Position numbers and translations under genes: made by a program. The notes under the pieces are model-generated. The model ran no database searches and was not told where the DNA came from. It saw only the letters and a program-made list of their open reading frames with translations. From Bacillota bacterium (GTDB lineage Bacteria > Bacillota > Ch66 > Ch109): DNA of 64,000 bases. Location of the stretch: the NCBI GenBank assembly GCA_050952625.1, contig JBMNLH010000001.1, positions 1,056,001-1,120,000 on the forward strand, read 5' to 3'. This document shows, in pieces, positions 9,240 to 18,094 of the stretch (within the stretch, counting starts at the first letter, position 1; each line of letters starts with the position of its first letter).

Positions 9240-9995
9240 ATGACGGAAACAGTAAAAGTATACTCTCGACCCAAAACCCTGATTGATCGCCCCTGGCATT
9301 TTTGTCCGGGTTGCCATCATGGTATTGCCCATCGCCTATGTGCTGAAGTAATTGAAGAAATGGGACTGCAGGAGAAAACTATTGGCGTTGGCTCAGTTGG
9401 CTGTGGGGTTTTTTCCTATGAGTATTTTAATTTTGACGGTATCGGCCCTTCGCATGGACGATCGCCGGCAGTGGCCACCGGGGTCAAACGGGTTTTGCCG
9501 GACCGGCTCGTCTTTACTTATCAAGGCGATGGTGACTTGGCGGCGATTGGAACAACCGAAATGGTTCATGCCGCGGTTCGGGGAGAAAAGATCACTATTG
9601 TTTTTATTAATAACACCCTTTATGGAATGACCGGGGGTCAATTGGCTCCAACCACTCTGATGGGTCAGGTCACCACGACCTCTCCTTTTGGCCGAGAAGC
9701 GAAACAGGCTGGTTTCCCGATGCGGGTCTGTGAAATGATCTCTACGCTGGAAGGAGCAGCCTATGTCGCTAGAGTAGCCTTATTTAACCCAGCGCAGGTT
9801 GCCAAAGCCAAAAAATCAATTCGTCGGGCTTTTGAGACGCAAATGCAGGGATTAGGATTCAGTATGATCGAGATTCTATCGGCCTGCCCAACCAATTGGG
9901 GAATGGCACCTTTGGAGGCCTGTAAACATGTGGAAAACAATCTCACTCCAGTGTATCCCCTGGGTGAATTTAAAGTTCCGGAAGGAGTGAAATAA
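9240..9995 (+). CDS. 2-oxoacid:ferredoxin oxidoreductase beta (TPP-binding) subunit
   Basis: FCPGCHHG, GDGD..NN TPP motif, YGMTGGQ, SACPTNW. Confidence 0.93.
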   Translation: MTETVKVYSRPKTLIDRPWHFCPGCHHGIAHRLCAEVIEEMGLQEKTIGVGSVGCGVFSYEYFNFDGIGPSHGRSPAVATGVKRVLPDRLVFTYQGDGDLAAIGTTEMVHAAVRGEKITIVFINNTLYGMTGGQLAPTTLMGQVTTTSPFGREAKQAGFPMRVCEMISTLEGAAYVARVALFNPAQVAKAKKSIRRAFETQMQGLGFSMIEILSACPTNWGMAPLEACKHVENNLTPVYPLGEFKVPEGVK

Positions 9996-10574
9996 ATGAT
10001 CCATGAATTATTACTAGCTGGGTTTGGCGGACAAGGAATGTTAACCATTGGTATTTCTCTGGCTTACGCCGGCATGGCGGAAGGAAAAAAAGTCGCTTAT
10101 GTTCCTTCATATGGGCCGGAAATGCGGGGCGGCACAGCCAACTGTATGGTGACTATTTCCGATAAAGAAATAAGCTCTCCGGTAGTCGCTAATCCGGGAG
10201 TAGCCATTATCATGAACCGGCCTTCATTAGATAAGTTTGAATCCCGAGTCAAGCCAGGGGGGATTATCCTGGTTAATTCTAGCCTGATTGACCGACCAGT
10301 CTGCCGCAAAGATGTTCAGGTATACGAAATCCCTACCCTGGAATTGGCGACCGAGGCCGGTATGGCGAGAGCGGCGAATATGGTTATGCTGGGGGCCTTG
10401 ATAGGCGCAACCGGGGTGGTTAGTCTAGAGGTAGTCCAAGATGCTCTGGTAAAAACCTTTAAGGGTAAATACCTGGACAAAATGCCCGCCAATATGGCGG
10501 TAGTCCGGCGCGGCTTGGAATATATTCGTGGTTTGCAAAAAGAAGGAGTAAGCAAAAAGAAGGCGACAGCTTAA
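9996..10574 (+). CDS. 2-oxoacid:ferredoxin oxidoreductase gamma subunit
   Basis: AGFGGQG, PSYGPEMRGGTANC and ANMVMLGAL motifs. Confidence 0.93.
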   Translation: MIHELLLAGFGGQGMLTIGISLAYAGMAEGKKVAYVPSYGPEMRGGTANCMVTISDKEISSPVVANPGVAIIMNRPSLDKFESRVKPGGIILVNSSLIDRPVCRKDVQVYEIPTLELATEAGMARAANMVMLGALIGATGVVSLEVVQDALVKTFKGKYLDKMPANMAVVRRGLEYIRGLQKEGVSKKKATA

Positions 10575-10645
10575 GGATAACTGACCGGAGTTGAGAAGGC
10601 GTAAAGTTAACTTATCAACAACTCTTTTTTCTTAATTTAACCTGT

Positions 10646-10700
10646 AGCGGCAATGAGGCTCCTGTTTTTTTCTTGGAGATTAATTGCCGCTTTTGTTTTT
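10646..10700 (+). terminator. Probable terminator after the oxidoreductase operon
   Basis: agcggcaat...attgccgct stem followed by T-rich tract. Confidence 0.55.
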
Positions 10701-10786
10701 TCTTGTTCGAATAATACCGTCAGGCTATAATCAATAGTATAGTTAGTGTAGTGGTGGGAGTACGTCATAGAAAGGGTGAAGAGCCA

Positions 10787-11521
10787 TTGCAGTTCAAACC
10801 CATAAAGACGCGAAAAATTTATGAAGAAATAGTTGATCAACTTAAGGCACTGATTTTTAAGGGGAATCTTAAGCCGGGAGATAAACTCCCGGCTGAAAGG
10901 GAATTGTCGGAACGTCTGGGAGTCAGTCGGGCTTCCGTGCGGGAAGCTTTGACTGCTCTTGAAGCCATGGGGATCTTGGACATAAGGCCTGGTGAAGGTA
11001 CTTTTGTCCGGCAAACCAGCCAGAGTTCAACCATTGAACCATTAGCCTGGGTCCTGGCGGTAGAAAGGAATCCAGTCGCTCAATTGATGGAGGTTCGGCG
11101 AGTACTAGAGGTTGAAGCAGCTGGATTTGCCGCGCTGCGGGTCACTGAACGTCAACTGGCAGATATTGAAGAAGCTCTCAAGAGTATGAAAGAAGCAGCT
11201 GAAAAAAAAGAACTGGCCGTGGACTACGATTTAAAGTTTCATTACGCGATTGCCCGGGCGACGCAGAATACTGTTTTATTACGGATAATGAATACAGTCG
11301 CGGATATTATGCACAAAACCTTTCGTGATGGCCGTCAGCGTTTATACGACAGCCCTGGGATGGCCGAGCAGATCATACAAGAACACTACTCAATCCTAAA
11401 GGCGATTAAAAATAGGCAGCCAGAAGACGCACGCCGGTGTATGTTGGAGCACTTGAATAATGTTGAGACTGGCTTGGAAAAGATCCGGAATTCCCTGGGA
11501 GAAAACAGTAGTGAGGTGTGA
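10787..11521 (+). CDS. GntR-family transcriptional regulator, FadR subfamily
   Basis: LKPGDKLPAERELSERLGVSRASVREAL wHTH plus FCD domain (DLKFHYAIA..N..L, EH..I); TTG 10787 follows RBS aagggtga. Confidence 0.93.
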   Translation: MQFKPIKTRKIYEEIVDQLKALIFKGNLKPGDKLPAERELSERLGVSRASVREALTALEAMGILDIRPGEGTFVRQTSQSSTIEPLAWVLAVERNPVAQLMEVRRVLEVEAAGFAALRVTERQLADIEEALKSMKEAAEKKELAVDYDLKFHYAIARATQNTVLLRIMNTVADIMHKTFRDGRQRLYDSPGMAEQIIQEHYSILKAIKNRQPEDARRCMLEHLNNVETGLEKIRNSLGENSSEV

Positions 11522-11661
11522 GGTGTTAATCCATCAATCATTAATGAGAATCGGCGGCGAATGATGCGCGCGTAAGGGGGGATTTTTTCCGAGGGTGGCG
11601 AGGTCACTGTCATGGCAGTCTAGAATAGTCTACGAAAGGAAGGTTAGCCGAAGGCAGCGGT

Positions 11662-12420
11662 ATGGACCAGAAAGCACTGCGTTGTCTCTTGGAAGAAGTC
11701 AAGCTTGGGCGGATTCAAATTGATGAGGCCTTCGACAAATTAAAAAACCTGCCATACGAAAACCTTCATTTTGCCCGGTTGGATCACCACCGGGCTATAC
11801 GTAGCGGCTATCCTGAAGTAGTCTTTTGTCCAGGGAAACAGGTGGAGCAGATAGTCGCGATTATCAAACACTTGGCCGCCGAAGGGGGCAACGTTTTAGC
11901 CACCCGGGCTACTCCAGAGGTCTTTAAAGCCGTGCAGGCGGTGTGTCCAGAGGCCGAATACTATGAACTGGCCCGGGTAATTGCGGTTCGCCAGCAAAAG
12001 GTTGACTCCAGGGGGCTGGTTTTAGTAGTAAGTGCTGGAACGGCCGACTTGCCGGTGGCCGAGGAGGCGGCGGTTGTCCTGGAACTCATAGGTTGTGGGG
12101 TAGAGCGCCTGTATGATGTTGGGGTCGCTGGGCTGCATCGGTTATTAGAGGAAAGGGAACGCTTGTATCAAGCTCAGGTGATCATTGTCGTCGCTGGCAT
12201 GGAAGGTGCCTTAGCCAGTGTCGTGGGCGGTCTGGTGGATAAACCAGTCATTGCCGTGCCGACCAGTGTTGGCTATGGGGCTAGTTTCGGCGGATTGGCC
12301 GCTTTACTGGCCATGTTGAATTCTTGCGCTGCCGGCATCGGAGTAGTCAACATTGACAATGGCTTTGGGGCTGCGACCCTAGCCGCGGCGATTATCCGTC
12401 AAGTGTATAATGAATCCTGA
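11662..12420 (+). CDS. larB: Nickel pincer cofactor biosynthesis protein LarB
   Basis: ARLDHHR..R.GYPEVVFCPGK, AGTADLPVAEEA, DVGVAGLHRL, PTSVGYG and NIDNGFGA motifs. Confidence 0.93.
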   Translation: MDQKALRCLLEEVKLGRIQIDEAFDKLKNLPYENLHFARLDHHRAIRSGYPEVVFCPGKQVEQIVAIIKHLAAEGGNVLATRATPEVFKAVQAVCPEAEYYELARVIAVRQQKVDSRGLVLVVSAGTADLPVAEEAAVVLELIGCGVERLYDVGVAGLHRLLEERERLYQAQVIIVVAGMEGALASVVGGLVDKPVIAVPTSVGYGASFGGLAALLAMLNSCAAGIGVVNIDNGFGAATLAAAIIRQVYNES

Positions 12421-12437
12421 GATTTCGAGGCGAAAGT

Positions 12438-13775
12438 TTGGTGAAAAGATTGCCGGAAGATAATGCCCAAAAGGTTATTGTGGTCGGAGGCGGGCCAGCT
12501 GGCATGATGGCAGCGGGTATGGCCGCCAAGGAAGGGGCCAAGGTCTTATTATTGGAAAAAAACCCTCGGATTGGGCGGAAGCTGCTGCTGACAGGTAAGG
12601 GAAGGTGTAATATTACTAATATGGCACCGTTACCGGAATTTGTGGAAAATTTCCCGGGGAACGGGGCTTTTTTATACGGACCGTTAAATGCTTTCAGTAA
12701 CCAAGACTTGATTGACTTCTTAGCTGATCAAGGATTGGCAACTAAGGTGGAGAGAGGGGGGCGAGTATTTCCCGTCAGTGATCGGTCAGCCGATGTACTC
12801 CGGGCACTTGAACGCTTCATTAGAACCGCTGGAGTAAGGGTACTGACCAATCAGCCAGTTATTGGCCTCTTGATCGAAAAAAAAGACACCCTGAGTAGCC
12901 AAGTGTTAGGAGTGGTCACGGAAAGCAGTGAATATCGTGGCGGGGCAGTTATTCTAGCAACCGGCGGCCTCTCCTACCCAGCTACCGGAAGTACCGGCGA
13001 TGGTTACCGGTGGGCGGTTGCGGCTGGTCATACGGTAATTTCTCCTTGGCCTGGGCTGGTCCCGCTTGAAGTCGAGGAAAAGTGGGTGAAAGATGTCCAG
13101 GGTCTATCGTTGAAAAATATTCGGGTAACCGCTCGAGTGAATCAGCCTGGTGCTCAGGGATCATCCCGGGTTCTGGGCGAGGAGTTTGGTGAAATGCTGT
13201 TTACCCATTTTGGTGTTTCTGGCCCAATTATTTTATCTTTAAGCAGCTCCATAGCCCAGTGTTTATTTAAAAAAAAGAACGATGACACCCGAGCAGAGGC
13301 CAGGATTACTTTGAGTATTAATCTTAAACCAGCTTTAATCCCTGAGCAATTAGACCGTCGGCTGCAGCGCGATTTAGCCGCCAATTCGCGAAAACTTTTT
13401 AAGAATTCTTTGGGTAATTTATTGCCCAAGGCCATGATTCCGGTGATTATTGGACTAAGCGGGATTCCGGAAGACAAGTTTACACATCAAATTACCCGAG
13501 AGGAACGAATGAAGCTAGCCTCTTTGTTAACTGATTTACGGTTAACAGTCACTGGCACCCGGCCAATTGAAGAAGCGATCGTAACCGCTGGGGGGGTTTC
13601 AACCAGAGAAGTAGATCCGCGCACGATGGCTTCTCGTTTAGCTGATGGATTGTACTTTGCGGGGGAGATGCTCGACGTAGATGGATATACCGGCGGATTT
13701 AACTTGCAGGCAGCCTTTTCGACCGGGTATGTTGCCGGCCGAGCGGCCGGGAAGAAAGTTCAACAGAGTACCTAA
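12438..13775 (+). CDS. HI0933-family NAD(P)/FAD-dependent oxidoreductase
   Basis: GGGPAG, GRKLLLTGKGRCNITN, TGG.SYP.TGSTGDGY and GYTGGFNLQAA motifs. Confidence 0.93.
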   Translation: MVKRLPEDNAQKVIVVGGGPAGMMAAGMAAKEGAKVLLLEKNPRIGRKLLLTGKGRCNITNMAPLPEFVENFPGNGAFLYGPLNAFSNQDLIDFLADQGLATKVERGGRVFPVSDRSADVLRALERFIRTAGVRVLTNQPVIGLLIEKKDTLSSQVLGVVTESSEYRGGAVILATGGLSYPATGSTGDGYRWAVAAGHTVISPWPGLVPLEVEEKWVKDVQGLSLKNIRVTARVNQPGAQGSSRVLGEEFGEMLFTHFGVSGPIILSLSSSIAQCLFKKKNDDTRAEARITLSINLKPALIPEQLDRRLQRDLAANSRKLFKNSLGNLLPKAMIPVIIGLSGIPEDKFTHQITREERMKLASLLTDLRLTVTGTRPIEEAIVTAGGVSTREVDPRTMASRLADGLYFAGEMLDVDGYTGGFNLQAAFSTGYVAGRAAGKKVQQST

Positions 13776-13803
13776 TTTACCCGATTAGCTTTAATTAATA
13801 ATT

Positions 13804-13860
13804 AAACTCCTTCAGCCTCGCTGAATATCGCAGCTATTGATGGAGTCCCTGCTTCACCTA
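13804..13860 (-). repeat. Repeat family A, copy 3 (degenerate, reversed)
   Basis: aaactccttcagcctcgctgaatatcgcagctattgatggagtccctgcttcacct aligns with the 59236 copy. Confidence 0.65.
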
Positions 13861-13992
13861 TTTGCATGATGCAATCCCGCTACTTAGACGTAAGATCTTT
13901 TCTGCCCAGAGGAACTGCAAAGTAAGAGTATATTTACCATCTCTCCGGCATAGCTTGTACCAGAGACATTTATTAAGCGGAGGCGGGTCGAG

Positions 13993-14607
13993 ATGGAAAA
14001 GAAGCCGAAATACTCTCGGGAGTATTCTTTCTTAGCCTGGGGAGAAAAACTGGAAAAGTGGCTGGTGCGTTTTGTGATATTCGGTCTGGTAGCATTGGTA
14101 GTAACGCAAACCTTAATGACTCAGGACCCTTTCCGATTCTATTTAAGTTTCGCCGAACGCTTGGAAGCCCAAAGGATGGGTTTAGATGAGTTGCCAGAAT
14201 CCAAACAAATTCAGCCCACCCTTGTTCCGACAAATCCTGAAGACGGAGAAAATCAAATTAACTCTGGGCTGACCGAGGAGTTCAACTCAAACGACTTAAT
14301 TGGCTTGCAACCGGCTATCAGTGAGACAATCGGAACGATCACCTTGGAACTGATTAACTTTTCCTCCATGCCCAAGGCGACTGTTTTGGTTAATGGACAG
14401 GAAGTGGCAGATTTTAGAGAAAAGCGTGTCACCATTCCCGTTCGCACTGATGATATCTTAGAGATAAATGGTTCTTATTATCAGCATTCCCTTACTGTTT
14501 TGATCCTGGATGTCTCGGAAAATGTTCGCTATCCGAAAGAGAAGCAGGAGATTAAGGTCAACCAGTCTTTAGCCCGGATCGGTCAGGTGACATTGCTAAC
14601 CAATTAG
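13993..14607 (+). CDS. Hypothetical membrane-anchored protein
   Basis: 204 aa, one N-terminal TM segment, RBS ggagg. Confidence 0.75.
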   Translation: MEKKPKYSREYSFLAWGEKLEKWLVRFVIFGLVALVVTQTLMTQDPFRFYLSFAERLEAQRMGLDELPESKQIQPTLVPTNPEDGENQINSGLTEEFNSNDLIGLQPAISETIGTITLELINFSSMPKATVLVNGQEVADFREKRVTIPVRTDDILEINGSYYQHSLTVLILDVSENVRYPKEKQEIKVNQSLARIGQVTLLTN

Positions 14608-14823
14608 TTTAATTATTAATAGCTATTAAAAGCCATTATGACCAAAAAATCATAATGGTTAATTTATTCCAGGATAAAATTTTAAAGCTTTAAGGAATTA
14701 AGATTAAGCAATCCGGATCCTTCCTTGTTTTTTGTCTGAAGGATATAATATAATAGATTAATATGTAAGATCGGATAATTTCTTACCTAGATCCCTGGTT
14801 AATTTGGGTTCGGGGGTGCGGGA

Positions 14824-15231
14824 ATGAGTAGTAAGCAAGTAGCCAATGCGGCTTTGCGCATGGCCATAACAGCCAGTCGGACCGAAGAAAGCAGTGTCAA
14901 AAGATCTCTTGGTGAAAATGGGATAAAAGCAGTTGCGGTTGATTTTGGCGGGGAATTTGTCAGTTCTGTTAGCAAAATAGTGGAAAGAGCCGTGGTTGCT
15001 GCCAAACGAGAGGGAGTAATCAAAGATACCCACCCGGATGAAGGAGCAGTAGCTGGGGCGGCGCGGGAAGCTTTATCTCAGATTATGCCTAAAGCTATTG
15101 GCCTGAATGTTGGGGGAAAGATTGGTATTGCCCGTTGTCATGATCACGTTAGTGTTGCCATCTTTTTCGGTATTGGCTTGTTGCACTTGGATGAGGTAGC
15201 TGTTGGGCTCGGACACCGAGCCGTACCATAA
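14824..15231 (+). CDS. hutP: HutP-family RNA-binding protein
   Basis: AVDFGG, ERAVVAAKREGVI, H..EGAVAGA.REA, NVGGKIGIAR and GIGLLHL motifs. Confidence 0.85.
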   Translation: MSSKQVANAALRMAITASRTEESSVKRSLGENGIKAVAVDFGGEFVSSVSKIVERAVVAAKREGVIKDTHPDEGAVAGAAREALSQIMPKAIGLNVGGKIGIARCHDHVSVAIFFGIGLLHLDEVAVGLGHRAVP

Positions 15232-15262
15232 CTCATTTATCAGAAAGGGGACACTGGGTAAT

Positions 15263-15631
15263 ATGTCCTTCAGGTGCAGAGCTCTGCGGGGGGCAATCAC
15301 TATTGAGGAAAACACGGCTGAAAGTATTTGCCAGGCAACCGAGGAACTGTTGTTGAAAATGGTTAGGGAAAACGATGTGGATATCGATGAAATAGCGAGC
15401 ATTATCTTTACTTTAACTCGTGATTTAGATGCGGTTTTTCCAGCCGCCGCGGCTCGGTCTTTGGGATGGAATCAAATTCCCTTGCTGTGTTGCAACGAGG
15501 TAGAAGTACCAGGAAGTCTGCCTCGCTGTATTCGGGTATTGATGCATATCAATACCCAAAAGAGTCCGGGCGAGTTAAAACATATTTACTTGCGTAATGC
15601 TATTGATCTTCGTCAAGACCTAGCTCAGTGA
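15263..15631 (+). CDS. aroH: Chorismate mutase, AroH class
   Basis: RALRGAIT, DLDAVFPAAAAR, EVPGSLPRCIRVL and LRQDL motifs. Confidence 0.95.
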   Translation: MSFRCRALRGAITIEENTAESICQATEELLLKMVRENDVDIDEIASIIFTLTRDLDAVFPAAAARSLGWNQIPLLCCNEVEVPGSLPRCIRVLMHINTQKSPGELKHIYLRNAIDLRQDLAQ

Positions 15632-15634
15632 GCC

Positions 15635-15660
15635 ATCGCGATTATATATCGCGATTATAT
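15635..15660. repeat. 13-bp tandem duplication with internal palindrome
   Basis: atcgcgattatat twice; each unit contains ATCGCGAT. Confidence 0.8.
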
Positions 15661-15741
15661 CTAGGTAGCATTTAAAGAATAGCATCTATAGAGTTCTTTC
15701 AGGGACAATCATTCTGAAAAAATCAATAACAAGTGGTATAA

Positions 15742-16623
15742 TTGGTTAGAAAAGCAGGAGAACAAGAAGCAGCACTATTGGAGGAGTTATTGGTGAAAAC
15801 TTACCGGCTGGCTTCTAGAGAAGAACATCCAGACGATACCATAGTAAAGATAGGCGAGCGGCTGACGGTAGGCGGTCGCGAGCTGCTGGTGATTGCTGGA
15901 CCATGTGCGGTTGAGGGGCGGGAGCTTTACCTGGAAGCAGCTGAATTAGTGAAAGCTGGGGGAGCCCATATGCTCCGAGGAGGAGCTTATAAACCTCGTA
16001 CTTCCCCATATTCCTTTGCCGGGCTGGCTCAAGAAGGTTTAGAGATTTTAGGGGAGGCGAGCAGAAATACCGGGTTGCCAATTGTGACCGAGGTGATGGA
16101 TGCCCGTGAGCTGCCCCTGGTTTGTCAGTATGCCGATGTTTTGCAGGTAGGGAGTCGGAACATGCAGAACTATACCTTACTTAAAGAGGTGGGTAAAACT
16201 AACAAGCCGGTCCTGTTGAAAAGGGGTTTTGCAGCGACTATTTTGGAGTGGTTGCTGGCCGCTGAATACATCCTAGCTGCCGGCAATCCTCAAGTTATCT
16301 TATGTGAAAGAGGAATCCGCACCTTTGAAACCTATACCCGGAATACTATTGACCTAGGGGCGGTAGTAGCCGTAAAAGAATTATCTCATCTACCGGTTAT
16401 TGTTGACCCCAGCCATGGGACCGGACGAGCCAGTATGGTGGGACCAATCGCCCGGGCGGCGATCGCCGCTGGTGCCGATGGCATTGTCGTTGAGGTCCAC
16501 CAAAATCCAACGGAAGCCTTATCTGACGGATTTCAGTCTTTAACGCCGACCTGTTTTTCCCACATGATTGATGAACTGCGCTTGGTTGCCGAGGCAGTAG
16601 GTCGAGTATTGCCGGCGTATTAG
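15742..16623 (+). CDS. aroF: DAHP synthase, type I-beta (short form)
   Basis: [34 protein letters not shown] and DPSHG motifs; true start may be 15790 or 15793 after GGAGG. Confidence 0.93.
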   Translation: MVRKAGEQEAALLEELLVKTYRLASREEHPDDTIVKIGERLTVGGRELLVIAGPCAVEGRELYLEAAELVKAGGAHMLRGGAYKPRTSPYSFAGLAQEGLEILGEASRNTGLPIVTEVMDARELPLVCQYADVLQVGSRNMQNYTLLKEVGKTNKPVLLKRGFAATILEWLLAAEYILAAGNPQVILCERGIRTFETYTRNTIDLGAVVAVKELSHLPVIVDPSHGTGRASMVGPIARAAIAAGADGIVVEVHQNPTEALSDGFQSLTPTCFSHMIDELRLVAEAVGRVLPAY

Positions 16624-16639
16624 TTGGATAAAGAAAAAC

Positions 16640-16668
16640 CTGACAATCAGAGTCGATTGTGTTAAAAT
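16640..16668 (+). promoter_or_regulatory. Sigma-A promoter for cmk
   Basis: CTGACA-17nt-TAAAAT with TG extension. Confidence 0.55.
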
Positions 16669-16675
16669 AACTATT

Positions 16676-17380
16676 ATGAATAAATATAAACGTAGGTTAA
16701 ATTCAAACTGTCTGCCGGTTATTGCCATTGATGGGCCAGCCGGAGCCGGTAAAAGTACGGTTGCTCGTTTAGTTGCTGAACGATTAAATTATATTTATAT
16801 AGATACCGGGGCTTTGTATCGGGCTTTGACTTATAAGGCTCTACAAAAAGGAATTGATCTCAGGAACGAGGAAGCCCTGTCTGACCTAGCGGCTAACACC
16901 AATATTATACTATTGGCGGAAAATGGTGCGGCCCAACGGGTGTTTTGTGATGATGAAGATGTTACTTACTTGATACGGACCCCTGAGGTCTCACGGTATG
17001 TTCCGATCGTTGCCCGAGTCCCAGGAGTACGGGCTAATTTAGTTCGGATTCAAAGAGAGATGAGCCTTAATGGGGGAGCAGTATTAGATGGCCGCGATAT
17101 TGGCAGTTATGTGTTGCCTGATGCAGAGTTCAAGTTTTTTCTTACGGCCTCTAACCGTGAGAGGGCTTTGCGTCGACAACAAGAATTGGCGGCCAAAGGT
17201 TTTCAGACAGATTTAATTGAATTGGAAAAGGAGATGATCGAAAGAGATCTTTTAGATAGCCAGCGAGAGGTAGGGCCTCTTGTCCAGGTACCAGATGCGG
17301 TGGTAATTGATACTACCACGATGACCATCGAAGAGGTTGTTTGTAAAATGCTGGAGATCATTAACGGGGGAGAAAAATAA
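16676..17380 (+). CDS. cmk: Cytidylate kinase
   Basis: IAIDGPAGAGKST, DTGALYRA and DGRDIG motifs. Confidence 0.97.
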   Translation: MNKYKRRLNSNCLPVIAIDGPAGAGKSTVARLVAERLNYIYIDTGALYRALTYKALQKGIDLRNEEALSDLAANTNIILLAENGAAQRVFCDDEDVTYLIRTPEVSRYVPIVARVPGVRANLVRIQREMSLNGGAVLDGRDIGSYVLPDAEFKFFLTASNRERALRRQQELAAKGFQTDLIELEKEMIERDLLDSQREVGPLVQVPDAVVIDTTTMTIEEVVCKMLEIINGGEK

Positions 17381-17982
17381 TGCTATACCCGTTTGCCCGG
17401 GGATTATTTCGAGGCATTTTTCGGGTTTTGTGGCGGTGGAAGATTAGCGGATTAGATAATTTTCCGGTAAAAGGACCAGTCGTTGTCGTTTCCAATCACG
17501 TTAGTAACTGGGACCCTATTGTAATTGGCACAGCTCTTCCTCGTCCAGTGCATTTTATGGCTAAGGAAGAGCTTTTTCGCTATCCTTTATTTGGCAATCT
17601 GCTTATTAGGTTAAATGCTTTTCCAGTTAAGCGAGGACAACCGGATCGATCGGCAATTCGACGAGCCCTGGAAATCCTTGGGACCGGAGGAGTGCTAGGC
17701 TTGTTCCCAGAGGGTTCACGCAGTAAAACCGGGGAACTGCTCAAACCACAGCCAGGAGTAGCAATGATCGCTTTGAAAGCCAAAGTACCGGTTTTGCCTG
17801 TAGCTTGTGTAGGGACCGATAAGATGGGAAAGAAAGGATCATTCTTTCGGTCTTTTGAAATTCGAATTGGTAAACCAATTGAATATATCGAATACTATGA
17901 GCAAAGGCTCAGTACGAAAAATCTCGAAATAATTAGCCAAGATATTATGGAACAGATAGCTCTGTTACTACTTAAAGAATAG
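17380..17982 (+). CDS. plsC: 1-acyl-sn-glycerol-3-phosphate acyltransferase
   Basis: NHVSNWD, FMAKEELF and FPEGSRS motifs. Confidence 0.92.
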   Translation: MLYPFARGLFRGIFRVLWRWKISGLDNFPVKGPVVVVSNHVSNWDPIVIGTALPRPVHFMAKEELFRYPLFGNLLIRLNAFPVKRGQPDRSAIRRALEILGTGGVLGLFPEGSRSKTGELLKPQPGVAMIALKAKVPVLPVACVGTDKMGKKGSFFRSFEIRIGKPIEYIEYYEQRLSTKNLEIISQDIMEQIALLLLKE

Positions 17983-18094
17983 GTCCAAAGCTGGCCCCAA
18001 GCATTGCCAAACAGCACCAATAAATGAACGACTAACCATTCGTTTTTAGTCCAACTTTCTTAGACTGAAGTAATCTTAACGAGGGGATAGTGTT

